A stretch of DNA of 64,000 nt from Actinomycetes bacterium (GTDB lineage Bacteria > Actinomycetota > Acidimicrobiia > Acidimicrobiales > RAAP-2): contig JAJXUK010000003.1 in the NCBI GenBank assembly GCA_021782915.1, forward strand, positions 18,937 through 82,936. The letters run 5' to 3'. The notes beneath the pieces are model-generated. The model saw only the letters and a program-made list of their open reading frames with translations. It made no database searches and had not been told where the DNA came from. Positions 1 through 12,591 of the stretch are shown in pieces. Each line of letters opens with the position of its first letter. Position 1 is the first letter of the stretch. The position numbers and the translations under genes are program-made.

Positions 1-582
1 ATTGTCCCTCTGACCGGCGACGACCACCACGCGACCGCCGGCGCGCTCGATCAGGGCCGCGTCGTCAGTCGCCTCAGCGTCGTGAGCGTGCGCGGTCTGC
101 AGCGCCACGCGTGAAAAGGCTTGGGGGGTCTGGACCGTCACCAATTCCTCGCGCGCCACGGTGTCCTCCACGACGCACGTGCTCTGCACCCACCGCACAC
201 GCTTGACCGTGTCGGTGATGGGTAGTCCCGGCACGGCGGCGTCGGCCCCGTCGCGCACCGCGGCCACGACCGCGCGGAAGAGCTCGGGCCGCGCCAGCGG
301 ACGAGCCGCGTCGTGCACCACGACCACGTCAGCCTCACCGACGTAGGCCAGGCCCGCGCGCACCGAGGCCGCGCGACTCGCGCCGCCCTCGGTCACCACG
401 TCAGCGCCCTCGCCCGAACCGGAGTAGCCGGCCGGCACCACGAGGATCACCGTCTGCGCGACGCTGCGTGCGTGGCGCACGCTGATGGCGGCCACGCTCT
501 CCTCCCCAAGGCTGGCGAACTGCTTCGGGCCGCCGAAGCGCACTCCCCGGCCACCGGCGACAACGACGGCGGCGACCGACAT
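1..582 (-). CDS. ispD: 2-C-methyl-D-erythritol 4-phosphate cytidylyltransferase, C-terminus cut by the window edge
   Basis: My own minus-strand translation from ATG 582-580 gives MSVAAVVVAGGRGVRFGGPKQF...VVVVHDAARP...VQTPQAF...ATDDAALIE. It is absent from the ORF track because no stop lies in the window. It starts 2 nt after the carD stop, the conserved carD-ispD pair. Confidence 0.85.
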   Translation of the reverse strand, partial: MSVAAVVVAGGRGVRFGGPKQFASLGEESVAAISVRHARSVAQTVILVVPAGYSGSGEGADVVTEGGASRAASVRAGLAYVGEADVVVVHDAARPLARPELFRAVVAAVRDGADAAVPGLPITDTVKRVRWVQSTCVVEDTVAREELVTVQTPQAFSRVALQTAHAHDAEATDDAALIERAGGRVVVVAGQRDN

Positions 583-584
583 CG

Positions 585-1073
585 CTACGGCAGGACCGAG
601 GCGAGCTTCTCCTCGGCGGCCTGGGTGTCGACGTTCAGGGCGAACGTCAGCTCCGAGACCAGGATCTGGCGCGCCCGCGTCAGCATGCGCTTCTCGCCGG
701 CCGACAGGCCCTTGTCCTTGTCACGAATCGACAGGTTGCGCACGACCTCGGCGACCTGGTAGATGTCGCCCGAGCGCAGCTTCTCCGAGTGGTTCTTAAA
801 GCGCCGCGACCAGTTCGTCGGCATGCGCGCTTCCTTCTTGCGCAGGACCGCGAAGACCTCCTCGACCTCCGCGTCGTTGATCACTTCGCGCAGGCCCACG
901 CTCTCGGCGTTGGCGACGGGGACCATCAGGACGAGGTCGGTGTAGGCCACCTTGAGCTTCAGGTAGTCCTGCTTGACGTCAAAGGCCGTGATCTTCTCGA
1001 TCTTCTCTACCGTGCAGGCCCCGTGGTGGGGGTACACGAGGCGGTCACCCTTTTTGTACTTACGGGCGGTCAT
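585..1073 (-). CDS. carD: CarD-family RNA polymerase-binding transcription regulator
   Basis: 162 aa, MTARKYKKGDRLVYPHHGACTVEKIEKI... (CarD/TRCF RID-like N-domain). Position between radA and ispD. Confidence 0.9.
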   Translation of the reverse strand: MTARKYKKGDRLVYPHHGACTVEKIEKITAFDVKQDYLKLKVAYTDLVLMVPVANAESVGLREVINDAEVEEVFAVLRKKEARMPTNWSRRFKNHSEKLRSGDIYQVAEVVRNLSIRDKDKGLSAGEKRMLTRARQILVSELTFALNVDTQAAEEKLASVLP

Positions 1074-1114
1074 GGGTCCTCCTGGAGAGACACTCCGGGC
1101 GAATGGGGGATTTT

Positions 1115-2446
1115 CTAGTGTACCAGAAGGGCCGAATTCTGTGACGTGAGAGCCGCGATGGCCTCGCCCAGCGTGCCCACGCGCACGAGCTGGGCGCCCT
1201 CGGGCGCCTCGACGTCACCCTCGGTGGGAACCAGGATCGTGGCCGCTCCGCGTCTGGCGGCCTCGTGCACGCGTCGCTCCAGAGCCGGCACGGCGCGCAG
1301 CTCACCGGCCAGGCCCACCTCACCGAGGGCCAGCACGTCGCGCCGAACCGGCACGCCGAGACTGGCCGAGGCCACCGCCAGGGCGAGAGCCGCGTCGATA
1401 CCCGGGTCCGTGGCCGGCAGCCCGCCGGCCGTCGCGACGAAGACGTCGCTGCCGGAGCAGACCACCCCGCAGCGCGCCTCCAGCACCGCCAGCAGCAGTG
1501 CGAGGCGCTGGGAGGACACCTGGTGCGCGACGCGCCGTGGCGCGCCGACCGAGCCCACGACGAGGGCCTGCACCTCGACCACCAGATTGCGCGCCCCGTC
1601 ACTTGTCACGCCGGCCACGACTCCCGACGTCGCATCACCGGCGCGCAGGACCGGCTCGGCCATCTCGACCAGGCCATCACCGAGCATCTCCAGCAGTCCG
1701 ACCTCGCCGGTGGGACCGAAGCGGTGCTTGACCGCCCGCAGGATCCGCAGTGGACCCTGACGATCGCCCTCGATGCGCACCACCGTGTCGACCAGGTGCT
1801 CCAGGGCGCGCGGGCCGGCCAGGTCGCCGTCCTTGGTGACGTGGCCCACCAGGACCAGCGCGCTGGCGACCTCGCGGGCGGCCTGGCTCAGTCGCTCGGC
1901 CCCGTGGCGCAACTGGGCGACCGAGCCCGGAGTGCCCGTCAGGTTCGCGTCGCTCATGGCCGACAGAGAGTCCACGACGACGACGTCCGGGCGCCGGGCG
2001 CGCACCATCTCGGCCGCGCCGGCCAGGTCGCTCAGGGCCACCACGTCGAGGCCCGCGGGCACCGCGCCGAGGCGTCGCGCGCGCCGGGCGACCTGGGCGA
2101 GCGACTCCTCGGCCGCGACGAGCAGGCCCCGGTCCCCACGCGCGCAGCGACCCAGCAGCACCATGAGCGCCAGGGTCGACTTGCCCACGCCGGGCTCGCC
2201 GAAGAGCAGCGTGCTCGAGCCGCGCGCCAAGCCCCCGCCGAGGACCCGATCAAACTCGCCGAGGCCCGTGGGGCCCAGCGCGAAGCCCGAGACGTCCACG
2301 TCGGCCAGGCGAGTCACGCTGACGCTGGCGCCGGCGGAACGTGACGTGCTCGCCACCAGGGTGTTCCACTCCCCGCAGCCCGCACAGCGTCCCTCCCAGC
2401 GCGCGGCGCGCGAGCCGCAGCGCGTGCAGACGTGAGGATTCTTCAC
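1115..2446 (-). CDS. radA: DNA repair protein RadA
   Basis: 443 aa, GTG start. N-terminal zinc ribbon CTRCGSRAARWEGRCAGCGEW, Walker A GEPGVGKST, Lon-protease-like C-domain. Confidence 0.9.
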   Translation of the reverse strand: MKNPHVCTRCGSRAARWEGRCAGCGEWNTLVASTSRSAGASVSVTRLADVDVSGFALGPTGLGEFDRVLGGGLARGSSTLLFGEPGVGKSTLALMVLLGRCARGDRGLLVAAEESLAQVARRARRLGAVPAGLDVVALSDLAGAAEMVRARRPDVVVVDSLSAMSDANLTGTPGSVAQLRHGAERLSQAAREVASALVLVGHVTKDGDLAGPRALEHLVDTVVRIEGDRQGPLRILRAVKHRFGPTGEVGLLEMLGDGLVEMAEPVLRAGDATSGVVAGVTSDGARNLVVEVQALVVGSVGAPRRVAHQVSSQRLALLLAVLEARCGVVCSGSDVFVATAGGLPATDPGIDAALALAVASASLGVPVRRDVLALGEVGLAGELRAVPALERRVHEAARRGAATILVPTEGDVEAPEGAQLVRVGTLGEAIAALTSQNSALLVH

Positions 2447-2495
2447 GGCCCGAACCCTAGAGCGGAGCTGTGACTAATGGGACTGGAAGGCCGTC

Positions 2496-5000
<2,505 letters not shown>

Positions 5001-5098
5001 TTCTTCCTTAACTCGCCGCTATCCGCAGTGTACCGGTGGGTGCTGACCCATCGTTCCCACCCCGCTGGGCCGCGCGGGGCCTCATCTAAGGTAGTGAC

Positions 5099-6073
5099 GT
5101 GAATCCGCTCGATCGACTTCGTCTGCCCCTAGTCGAGGCGGACCTGCTGCGCCTGGAATCCCTGCTGGCCGAGTCGGTCATCTACGGCGACGAGTACCTG
5201 GACAAGGTCACGACGCACCTGATCTACGCGGGCGGCAAGCGCCTGCGCCCGCTGCTGGCGCTGGCCTCGGCGACCGGGGGCGAGCGCGAGGCCTCGCGCG
5301 AGGACCTGCTCGGGGGCGTCTCGCTCGAGCTGATGCACCTCGCCTCGCTCTACCACGACGACGTCATGGACGAGGCCGAGGTGCGCCGCAACGTCGACAG
5401 CGTGAACGCGCGCTACGGCAACCTGGTGGCCATCGTGGCCGGCGACTACCTCATGGCCCGCTCCGCGGGCATCGCCGCCGACCTGGGCACCGCCATCGCC
5501 GGGCTGATGGCCCACACCCTGGCCTGGCTCACGCGGGGCCAGGTCTCCGAGGTGCGCACGGCCTTTTCGACCGAGCGCACCGAGGACGACTACTTCGAGG
5601 CCATCGGCGGCAAGACCGCCTCGCTCATGTCCGCCAGCTGCCGCGTGGGGGCCCTCACCGCCGGGCGCCCCGAGGACCAGCTGGCCGCGTTGACCGAGTA
5701 CGGGCGCTGCTTCGGCATGGTCTATCAGCTGCGCGACGACATCCTGGACGTCACGGCCGTGGACAACCAACTGGGCAAGCCCGCCGGACAGGACCTGGCC
5801 GAGGGCATCTACAACCTGCCCACCCTCTACGCGCTGCGCGACGAGCACGTGGGCGACGAGCTGCGCGCCCTGCTCGGTCAGGTACTCAACGACGACGACC
5901 GCGAGCGCGCGCGCAAGCTGGTCGTGGCCACCGACGGGGTCGCCCAGACGAGGCAGGCGGCCCAGCGCTTCCTCGACGAGGCCCACACGGCGCTCGCCGT
6001 GCTGCCCCAGGCGCGCCTGGCCGAGGGCTTCTCCTCGCTCATCACCTGGTTGCTCGAGGACCTGCCGGCCTAG
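5099..6073 (+). CDS. polyprenyl diphosphate synthase family protein
   Basis: 324 aa, GTG start. First and second Asp-rich motifs LYHDDVMDE and LRDDILD. Chain length cannot be read from sequence. Confidence 0.85.
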   Translation: MNPLDRLRLPLVEADLLRLESLLAESVIYGDEYLDKVTTHLIYAGGKRLRPLLALASATGGEREASREDLLGGVSLELMHLASLYHDDVMDEAEVRRNVDSVNARYGNLVAIVAGDYLMARSAGIAADLGTAIAGLMAHTLAWLTRGQVSEVRTAFSTERTEDDYFEAIGGKTASLMSASCRVGALTAGRPEDQLAALTEYGRCFGMVYQLRDDILDVTAVDNQLGKPAGQDLAEGIYNLPTLYALRDEHVGDELRALLGQVLNDDDRERARKLVVATDGVAQTRQAAQRFLDEAHTALAVLPQARLAEGFSSLITWLLEDLPA

Positions 6074-7480
6074 CTACTCCTCGGCGAGTGGCTTGAGCGT
6101 CGGGAAGGCGATCACCTCGCGGATGTTCGCCGCGTCGGCCACCAGCATGGCCAGCCGGTCGATGCCCACGCCGAGCCCGGCGGTGGGCGGCAGCCCCCAC
6201 TCGAGGGCCTTGATGAAGTCCTCGTCGACGCGCATCGCCTCCTCGTCCCCGGCCGCGCCCAGGCGCGCCTGCTCGGCGAAGCGCTCGCGCTGGTCCACCG
6301 GGTCGGTCAGCTCCGAGAAGCCGTTGGCCAGCTCTCGGCCGGCCACGAAGGCCTCGAAGCGCTCGGTCAGCTCGGGCTCGGACGGGTCGCGCCGGGCCAG
6401 CGGGGAGATCTCCACCGGGTAGCGCGTGACGAAGGTCGGCTCCCACAGGTCGGCCTCGGCGCTGGCCTCGAAGAGCTCGGCCAGGCATCGTCCGGGTCCC
6501 CAGTGCGCGTGAGCGGGCACCCCGCGCTCGTCCAGCAGCTCGACCAGGCGCGCCCGGGGCGTGGCCACCGAGACCGCCTCGCCCACCTTCTGGCTGGTCA
6601 GCTCGGCCATGCTCACCCGGGGCCACGGCGCGGCGAGGTCGAGCTCGCGGCCCTGGTAGCTCAGGCGCGTGGTGCCCAGCACGTCGGCGACGGCCCCGGC
6701 CACGAGCTCCTCGGTGAAGGCCATCATATCCTGGTAGTTCCAGTACGCCGCGTAGAGCTCGAGCGAGGTGAACTCCGGGTTGTGCCGCGGGCTGATGCCC
6801 TCGTTGCGAAAGACCCGCCCGAGCTCGAAGACGCGCTCGAATCCCCCGACGACCAGGCGCTTGAGCCAGAGCTCGGGCGCGATGCGCAGGTAGAAGTCCG
6901 CCCCCAGGGCCTCGTGGTGGGTGACGAAGGGCTTCGCGGCGGCCCCGGTGGGCACGGCGTTGAGGATGGGCGTCTCGACCTCGGTGAAGCCGGCCGCCCA
7001 GCAGCGCTCGCGCACCGCGCGCGTCAGGGCGCTGCGGCGCGCGAGGCTGCGGCGCGTGTCCTCGTTGGCCCACAGGTCAGCCTCGCGGTGCCGGTAGCGC
7101 AGGTCGTAGTCGGTGATGCCCGCCCACTTGTCGCCGAAGTTGCGCTGGGCCTCGGCCAGGCGGACCCAGGAGGAGACCTTGACCGAGAGCTCCCCGCGCT
7201 TGGTGCGCACAACCTCGCCGTGCACGCCCAGCCAGTCACCCAGGTGCAGCCGGGCGAAGTCCTCGAACTGCTCGGTCGCACTGGCCAGGGCGAAGAGCTG
7301 GATCTCCCCGCTCGAGTCGCGCAGGGTGGCAAAGGCCAGCTTGCCCTGGGTGCGCAGCAGCATCACGCGCCCGGCCACGGCCACGATCGCGCCGGACTCC
7401 TCGCCCGGGGCGAGGTGCGCGTAGCCCTCACTGATCTGGGCGCAGTAGGCGCTGTGGGGAAAGGAGTGCGGAGTGGTCAT
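6074..7480 (-). CDS. lysS: lysine--tRNA ligase (class II)
   Basis: OB anticodon-binding domain plus class II core (FRNEGISPRHNPEFT, GIDRLAMLV). I prefer ATG 7480 (MTTPHSF), 1 nt after the coaX stop. The ORF-track start at 7555 would overlap coaX. Confidence 0.9.
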   Translation of the reverse strand: MTTPHSFPHSAYCAQISEGYAHLAPGEESGAIVAVAGRVMLLRTQGKLAFATLRDSSGEIQLFALASATEQFEDFARLHLGDWLGVHGEVVRTKRGELSVKVSSWVRLAEAQRNFGDKWAGITDYDLRYRHREADLWANEDTRRSLARRSALTRAVRERCWAAGFTEVETPILNAVPTGAAAKPFVTHHEALGADFYLRIAPELWLKRLVVGGFERVFELGRVFRNEGISPRHNPEFTSLELYAAYWNYQDMMAFTEELVAGAVADVLGTTRLSYQGRELDLAAPWPRVSMAELTSQKVGEAVSVATPRARLVELLDERGVPAHAHWGPGRCLAELFEASAEADLWEPTFVTRYPVEISPLARRDPSEPELTERFEAFVAGRELANGFSELTDPVDQRERFAEQARLGAAGDEEAMRVDEDFIKALEWGLPPTAGLGVGIDRLAMLVADAANIREVIAFPTLKPLAEE

Positions 7481-7481
7481 G

Positions 7482-8336
7482 TCAGGACGCGTGCAGGCGT
7501 CCATGAATGATACGCAGCCCGTGCAGGGTGAGCCACGGCTCGACGTGCTCGACACTGAGAGTGTGCGGCGCGATCAGCCCGGCCAGGCCCCCGGTGGCGA
7601 TCACCGTGGCCGGGCCCATCTCGTCCACGATGCGCGCGACCACGCCGTCGACCTGGGCGGCGAAGCCGTAGAGGACCCCGGACTGGATCGACTCGACCGT
7701 GGAGCGGCCCACCACCGAGCGCGGGGTGACCAGCTCGACCGAGCGCAGCGCCGAGGCGTGCGTGTAGAGGGCCTCGAGCGAGATGGCCACACCCGGCGAG
7801 ATCGCCCCGCCGAGGTACTCACCGCGCTCGCTGATCACGTCGAAGGTCGTCGCCGTGCCCAGGTCCACCACGATGGAGGCCCCGGGGTACAGGTCGTAGG
7901 CACCCACCGAGTTGGCGATGCGGTCGGCCCCGACCTCGCGGGGATTGTCGTACAGGATCGCCATGCCCGACTTGACCCCCGGACCCAGCACCGTCACGTC
8001 CAGGTCGGCGAACCAGCGGTTGGCCATGCGCCGCAGCTGGCTCGTCACCGGGGGCACCGAGGAGGAGATGGCGATCGCGCTCACGTCCCCGCGCAGGTCG
8101 AGGCCCTCGAGGTCGAGCAGCTGGGTGAGCATCATGGCGTGCTCGTCCGGGGTGCGCTCGAGCTGCGTGGACAGGCGCCAGTGATAGCTCAGGCCCCGCT
8201 CGCCCGAGGCGCGCGCGAAGCCCATCGCGTCGGGCGCGTCCGGACCGTCCTCGCCGAAGAGCCCGACGACCGTCTCCGTGTTGCCCACGTCAATCGCCAG
8301 CAGCACCGCGCACCCCCTCCACTCGCACCTCAGCAT
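7482..8336 (-). CDS. coaX: type III pantothenate kinase
   Basis: LLAIDVGNTETVVGLF ASKHA-fold N-terminus and ATGGLA near the C-terminus. An alternative in-frame GTG start at 8306 shortens the overlap with panC. Confidence 0.85.
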   Translation of the reverse strand: MLRCEWRGCAVLLAIDVGNTETVVGLFGEDGPDAPDAMGFARASGERGLSYHWRLSTQLERTPDEHAMMLTQLLDLEGLDLRGDVSAIAISSSVPPVTSQLRRMANRWFADLDVTVLGPGVKSGMAILYDNPREVGADRIANSVGAYDLYPGASIVVDLGTATTFDVISERGEYLGGAISPGVAISLEALYTHASALRSVELVTPRSVVGRSTVESIQSGVLYGFAAQVDGVVARIVDEMGPATVIATGGLAGLIAPHTLSVEHVEPWLTLHGLRIIHGRLHAS

Positions 8337-9159
8337 TGTCGATCAGGCGCACGCCCTCGACCCAGCCGGCCAGCAGCGCCCGGGCGACGCCGCTCTCGTG
8401 GTCGCTCAGGGCCCGCAGGTGCACCGGGTCGACCACCTCGGCGTAGGCCACGTGCACCCCAGCCGCCTCGAGGCTCGCGCGCATGCGCTCGCGCAGCTCG
8501 CTGGCCGGGCCCGGCGTCTCCGCCGCCGCGGCCAGGGCCGCGGAGAGGGCCCGGGCCTGGCGTCGCCCGCGTGAGCTGAGGCGCACGTTGCGACTCGACA
8601 GGGCCAGCCCGTCGCTCTCGCGCACGATCGGACACCCGATCACCTCGACGTCAAAGCCGAGGTCGCGGACCAGCTGGCGCACGCCGACCAGCTGCTGGTA
8701 GTCCTTCTCGCCGAAGTACGCCCGGCACGGCCCGCTCACGACGAAGAGCTTGCTGACGACGCTGGCCACGCCGTCGAAGTGTCCGGGCCGGTCCGCGCCC
8801 TCGAGCACCTCGCCCAGCGCACCGAGGCTCACCGTCGTGGCCGTGGCCGGCCCGTCGGGCCACATGACGTCGCGGCTCGGCTCGAGCAGCACGTCCACGC
8901 CCAGCGCCGCGGCCATCTGCGCGTCGGCCTCGGGCGTGCGCGGGTAGCGCGCCAGGTCCGCCGCGTCGTTGAACTGGCGCTCATTGACAAAGACGCTCAG
9001 GAACACCACGTCACCGCGGCTCGTGGCCTCGCGCACGAGTGAGGCGTGCCCCTCGTGCAGCGCGCCCATCGTCGGCACCAGGCCCACCCGCCGACCCGCC
9101 GCGCGCGCGGCCTCGGCCGCGGCGCGCCACTCACTCAGCTGGCTCAGGCGTCGCATCAA
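8290..9159 (-). CDS. panC: pantoate--beta-alanine ligase
   Basis: 289 aa with VPTMGALHEGHASL (HIGH-type motif). Operon context with coaX. Confidence 0.9.
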   Translation of the reverse strand: MMRRLSQLSEWRAAAEAARAAGRRVGLVPTMGALHEGHASLVREATSRGDVVFLSVFVNERQFNDAADLARYPRTPEADAQMAAALGVDVLLEPSRDVMWPDGPATATTVSLGALGEVLEGADRPGHFDGVASVVSKLFVVSGPCRAYFGEKDYQQLVGVRQLVRDLGFDVEVIGCPIVRESDGLALSSRNVRLSSRGRRQARALSAALAAAAETPGPASELRERMRASLEAAGVHVAYAEVVDPVHLRALSDHESGVARALLAGWVEGVRLIDNAEVRVEGVRGAAGD

Positions 9160-9869
9160 GCCGGCGTGCGTGCGCGAGCCCGCTCGGCCAGTTCGAAGGC
9201 CGCGGCCGCCAGCGCCACGTAGGCGGGCCGCTCCGCCTCGGGCATCGCGCCCAGGTGCGCGTCGATGGTCTCGACGTCCCCACGCGAGGCGGGCCCGGTG
9301 AGGGCCCGCTCCGGCCCGTCGAGGACCACGTCCTGCAGCGCCTGGGCCGCCAGGCCCAGGAAGTCCTCGAGCTCCAGGTCCGCCTCCTGGGCCAGGCGCT
9401 CGACCTGACCCATCAGGGCCACCAGGTGATTGGCCGCCACCGCGGCCGTGGCGTGATAGAGCGTGCGCTGCGAGTCCGCGAGACGGATCACGCGTCCCGA
9501 GAGCGAGGCCACGACCCGCTCGGCCACGACGTCACCGGCCACGCAGTAGGTCGCCCCGACGAGCCGAGCGGCGCCGCGCTCGGGATTGGGAAGCGCGGCG
9601 AGTGGGTGCAGACAGGCCACGCGCGGGTGCGCGCCGAGCACGCTGAGGGTGCGCGAGCCGGCCACGTGGGCCACGACGCGGCCCGCCTCGGGCGCCAGAG
9701 CGTGCGCCACGTCGCTGATCGCGTCGTCGGGAACGCACAGCAGAACGAGCTCTCCGCGCACCTGATCCAGCTCGTCGTGGTGAACGAGCACGACCTCGTG
9801 GCCCACCCCGGCCAGGGCACGCGCGAAGGACTGGCCGGCTCGGCCGGCTCCGACAATGGAGATCTGCAT
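9156..9869 (-). CDS. Rossmann-fold oxidoreductase-like protein (DUF2520-type, panC-linked)
   Basis: 237 aa, MQISIVGAGRAGQSFARAL dinucleotide-binding N-terminus. 4-nt overlap with the panC start. Confidence 0.65.
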   Translation of the reverse strand: MQISIVGAGRAGQSFARALAGVGHEVVLVHHDELDQVRGELVLLCVPDDAISDVAHALAPEAGRVVAHVAGSRTLSVLGAHPRVACLHPLAALPNPERGAARLVGATYCVAGDVVAERVVASLSGRVIRLADSQRTLYHATAAVAANHLVALMGQVERLAQEADLELEDFLGLAAQALQDVVLDGPERALTGPASRGDVETIDAHLGAMPEAERPAYVALAAAAFELAERARARTPA

Positions 9870-9904
9870 CGTGCCTCCGTTCCGGCCCCGCAGGTGCCGT
9901 TCGG

Positions 9905-10369
9905 CTATCGCAACGACTCGAGTGTACCGATCGGCGCCACCGCCCCGACGGCACCCGCCAGGGCCCCCTCGCTCACCAGCTCCGGGGCCAGCTCGGCCAG
10001 GGGGGCGAGCACGAAGCGGCGCTGGAACATGCGAGGGTGCGGCAGGGTGATCTGCGGGTCGTCGCTGACGAGCTCATCGACCAGCAGCACGTCCACGTCG
10101 AGCGTGCGCGGGCCCCAGCGCACCTCGCGGGTGCGCCCGCGCGCGGCCTCGGCGGCCCGGGCGCGCTCCAGCAGCTCGCGCGGACCGGCCGTGGTCTGCA
10201 GTTCGATGACCAGGTTCCAGAAGTCCTCCTGAAGCACCCCACCGACCGGCTCGCTCTGATAGACCCGCGACACGCGCACCGGGTCCGACCCGGCCACCAG
10301 GCCCACACCGGCTCGCAGGTGCTCCGCGCGGTCTCCGACGTTCGAGCCCAGCGAGAGGAACGCCCTCAT
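9905..10369 (-). CDS. folK: 2-amino-4-hydroxy-6-hydroxymethyldihydropteridine diphosphokinase
   Basis: 154 aa, MRAFLSLGSNVGDR...RWGPRTLDVDVLL, the typical HPPK pattern. 4-nt overlap with folB. Confidence 0.85.
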   Translation of the reverse strand: MRAFLSLGSNVGDRAEHLRAGVGLVAGSDPVRVSRVYQSEPVGGVLQEDFWNLVIELQTTAGPRELLERARAAEAARGRTREVRWGPRTLDVDVLLVDELVSDDPQITLPHPRMFQRRFVLAPLAELAPELVSEGALAGAVGAVAPIGTLESLR

Positions 10370-10728
10370 CGGCTCACGCGGCAGCGCACCCCCGCCGTGG
10401 CGAGGTCCTGGGGCACCGGCGGGCGCAGCTTGGCCACGCTCACGGTGACGGCCTCGATCGCCTCGTCCAGGGCGAGCACCTCGCGAGCCACGCGGTGCGC
10501 GAGGGTCTCGAGCAGCAAGAAGCGCCCGGTGGTGGCGACCTCGACGGCCACCGCGCTCACCGCCGCGTAGTCCGTGGTCAGGGTGACGTCGTCGGAGAGG
10601 GCCGCGTCCAGGAAGTTGCGCTCCAGCTCCAGGTCGAGCTGGAGCGGCTGGGCGCGTTCGCGCTCCTCGTCCAACACGCCGATGACCGCGCTGACGCGCA
10701 GGCCCCGCAGCTCGATGCGGTCCGTCAC
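10366..10728 (-). CDS. folB: dihydroneopterin aldolase
   Basis: 120 aa, IELRGLRVSAVIGVLDEERERAQPL...DY. Lies between folP-X and folK. Confidence 0.85.
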   Translation of the reverse strand: MTDRIELRGLRVSAVIGVLDEERERAQPLQLDLELERNFLDAALSDDVTLTTDYAAVSAVAVEVATTGRFLLLETLAHRVAREVLALDEAIEAVTVSVAKLRPPVPQDLATAGVRCRVSR

Positions 10729-11225
10729 GCGTCCTCCACCGGCAGGTGCACGAGGACCTCGCGACCGTCGGGGCCCACGCTGCGCCGAAAGAGCCGCTCC
10801 ACGAGTGCCACCGCGCCGGGCACGCTGGGCACGCGCTGGGTCCAGACCAGGTAGCCGGCGACCACGCCCATGACCCGGTCCGACACCTCGTCGCCGTGCA
10901 GCAGCACGACCTGGCCGGCGGCCGCGGAGTCGGTCAGATCCCGAAAGCAGGCCGCGAGCACGTCACGCTGCAGCGGTCCCGCGCGCAGCGGGTAGTGCGC
11001 GGCCACCAGGCCGTGCTCGGCGTAGGCCGTGACGTTGGCGTTGGCCGGCAGGATCGAGATGATGCGGTTGAACCCCTGGTTCTTCAGCCAGAGCAGCTCC
11101 TCGTCGCGGCGCACGCGCCGGTGCACCGAGGTCGAGCCCCCGGGTCGCTCGGCCACCGCCAGGCGCCCGCGGAAGACCCACGTGAAGCCGCGCGGCTCGA
11201 TGCCCGCGGCCCAGCGACCCCTCAC
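10725..11225 (-). CDS. dual-specificity-phosphatase-fold protein lacking the catalytic Cys (function unknown)
   Basis: 166 aa. VVLLHGDEVSDRVMGVVAGYLV aligns by eye to the HCx5R P-loop plus AYLM helix, with Cys replaced by Gly. 4-nt overlaps with the folP stop and the folB start. Confidence 0.6.
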   Translation of the reverse strand: MRGRWAAGIEPRGFTWVFRGRLAVAERPGGSTSVHRRVRRDEELLWLKNQGFNRIISILPANANVTAYAEHGLVAAHYPLRAGPLQRDVLAACFRDLTDSAAAGQVVLLHGDEVSDRVMGVVAGYLVWTQRVPSVPGAVALVERLFRRSVGPDGREVLVHLPVEDA

Positions 11226-12019
11226 GCGCCCACCTGGCTCGGCTCGCGCACCAGCAGTTCGCGCGCCAGGACCGCGGCGCTCACGTCGTGCACGCGCACC
11301 AGATCCACCCCGCAGAGCATCGCCCAGGCCTCCGAGGCGAGCGAGCCCTCCAGGCGCTCCTCGACCTGCAGCACCCGCTCGCCCAGGTGCGCCAGGAAGC
11401 GCTTGCGACTCGTGCCCACCAGCACCTCGGCGCCGTAGCGTCGCGCCAGCTCGACCAGCTCGTCCAGGTGCGCGAGCAGCGCGAGGTTGTGGGCCACGTC
11501 CTTGTTGAAGCCGATGCCCGGATCGAGCCAGAGGCGTCGCACGTGCGCGGCCCGCGCGCGGCCCGCGGCCGACTCCAAGAAGCCCAGCACCTCGGCGACG
11601 ACGTCCTCGTAGCGCGCGTCACCCTCGGTGATGCTCGGCGCGAGCCGGTGCATGGCCACGTAGCCCACGCCGAGCTCGCCGGCCAGCTCGACCAATTGGC
11701 CGGACTCGTCGTTGATGATCCGCGCCCCGGCCAGCACGGCCTCGCGTGCGACCTGGGGCTTCTGGGTGTCCACCGAGATCTCGCCCGCGCCGCGCAGGGC
11801 CTCGATCACCGGGATGACTCGGGCCAGCTCCTCGGCCACGTCGACCGGGCTGGCCCCGGGGCGAGTCGACTCACCGCCCACGTCCACCACGTCGGCCCCG
11901 GCCGCGAAGTGCGACCGGGCGCGCGCGATCGCGGCCTCGGCGCTCTGAGTGCGCGAGTCCGGGAAGAACGAATCCGGCGTCACGTTGACGATGCCCATCA
12001 CCCGCGGGCTCAGCGCCAC
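11222..12019 (-). CDS. folP: dihydropteroate synthase
   Basis: 265 aa, [16 protein letters not shown]...[10 protein letters not shown]. Confidence 0.9.
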   Translation of the reverse strand: MALSPRVMGIVNVTPDSFFPDSRTQSAEAAIARARSHFAAGADVVDVGGESTRPGASPVDVAEELARVIPVIEALRGAGEISVDTQKPQVAREAVLAGARIINDESGQLVELAGELGVGYVAMHRLAPSITEGDARYEDVVAEVLGFLESAAGRARAAHVRRLWLDPGIGFNKDVAHNLALLAHLDELVELARRYGAEVLVGTSRKRFLAHLGERVLQVEERLEGSLASEAWAMLCGVDLVRVHDVSAAVLARELLVREPSQVGA

Positions 12020-12591
12020 GTCGAGCGCCTCTGGTGGATGTACTGCAGCGCCTCGGCGCGATAGGACGCGTCGTCGCGGAAGACCCCGCGCACGGCGCTG
12101 GTCACCGTCGTCGTGCCCTCCTTCTTCACGCCGCGCATCGACATGCAGAAGTGCTCGGCCTCGATCACGCAGATCGAGCCGCGCGGGGCGAGCTCGCGCT
12201 CCATCGCCTCGACGATCTGAGTGGTCATGCGCTCTTGGACCTGCAGGCGCCGCGCGAAGCCCTCCACCAGGCGCGCCATCTTGCTCAGGCCCGTGATGCG
12301 CCCCTCGGGCCCGGGCAGGTAGGCCACGTGCGCCAGGCCGGTGAAGGGCACCAGGTGGTGCTCGCAGAGCGTCGTGAAGGGGATGTCGCGCACCATGACC
12401 ATCTCGTCGTGGCCGGCCTCGAAGCTCACGCGCAGGTGCTCGCCGGGATCTCTCTCCAAGCCCTCGAAGAGCTCCACGTACATGTCGGCCACGCGACGGG
12501 GCGTCTCGAGCAGCCCGTCGCGCTCGGGGTCCTCACCGATGGCGTCGAGCAGCTCGCGCACCAGGGCCTCGACCCGCGCCCGGTCCACCAT
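12010..12591 (-). CDS. folE: GTP cyclohydrolase I
   Basis: 193 aa from ATG 12591 ([10 protein letters not shown]...). Motifs [11 protein letters not shown] and [13 protein letters not shown]. The 332-aa ORF-track version has an Arg/Gly-rich extension that overlaps hpt in another frame. Confidence 0.9.
   Translation of the reverse strand: MVDRARVEALVRELLDAIGEDPERDGLLETPRRVADMYVELFEGLERDPGEHLRVSFEAGHDEMVMVRDIPFTTLCEHHLVPFTGLAHVAYLPGPEGRITGLSKMARLVEGFARRLQVQERMTTQIVEAMERELAPRGSICVIEAEHFCMSMRGVKKEGTTTVTSAVRGVFRDDASYRAEALQYIHQRRSTWR

Noticed and set aside
5001-5098. Possible ClgR-type operator upstream of clpC (ctCGCcgctatcCGCag)
   Set aside because: The two half-sites are direct (CGC...CGC) rather than the inverted CGC-N5-GCG expected. 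No palindrome is present.
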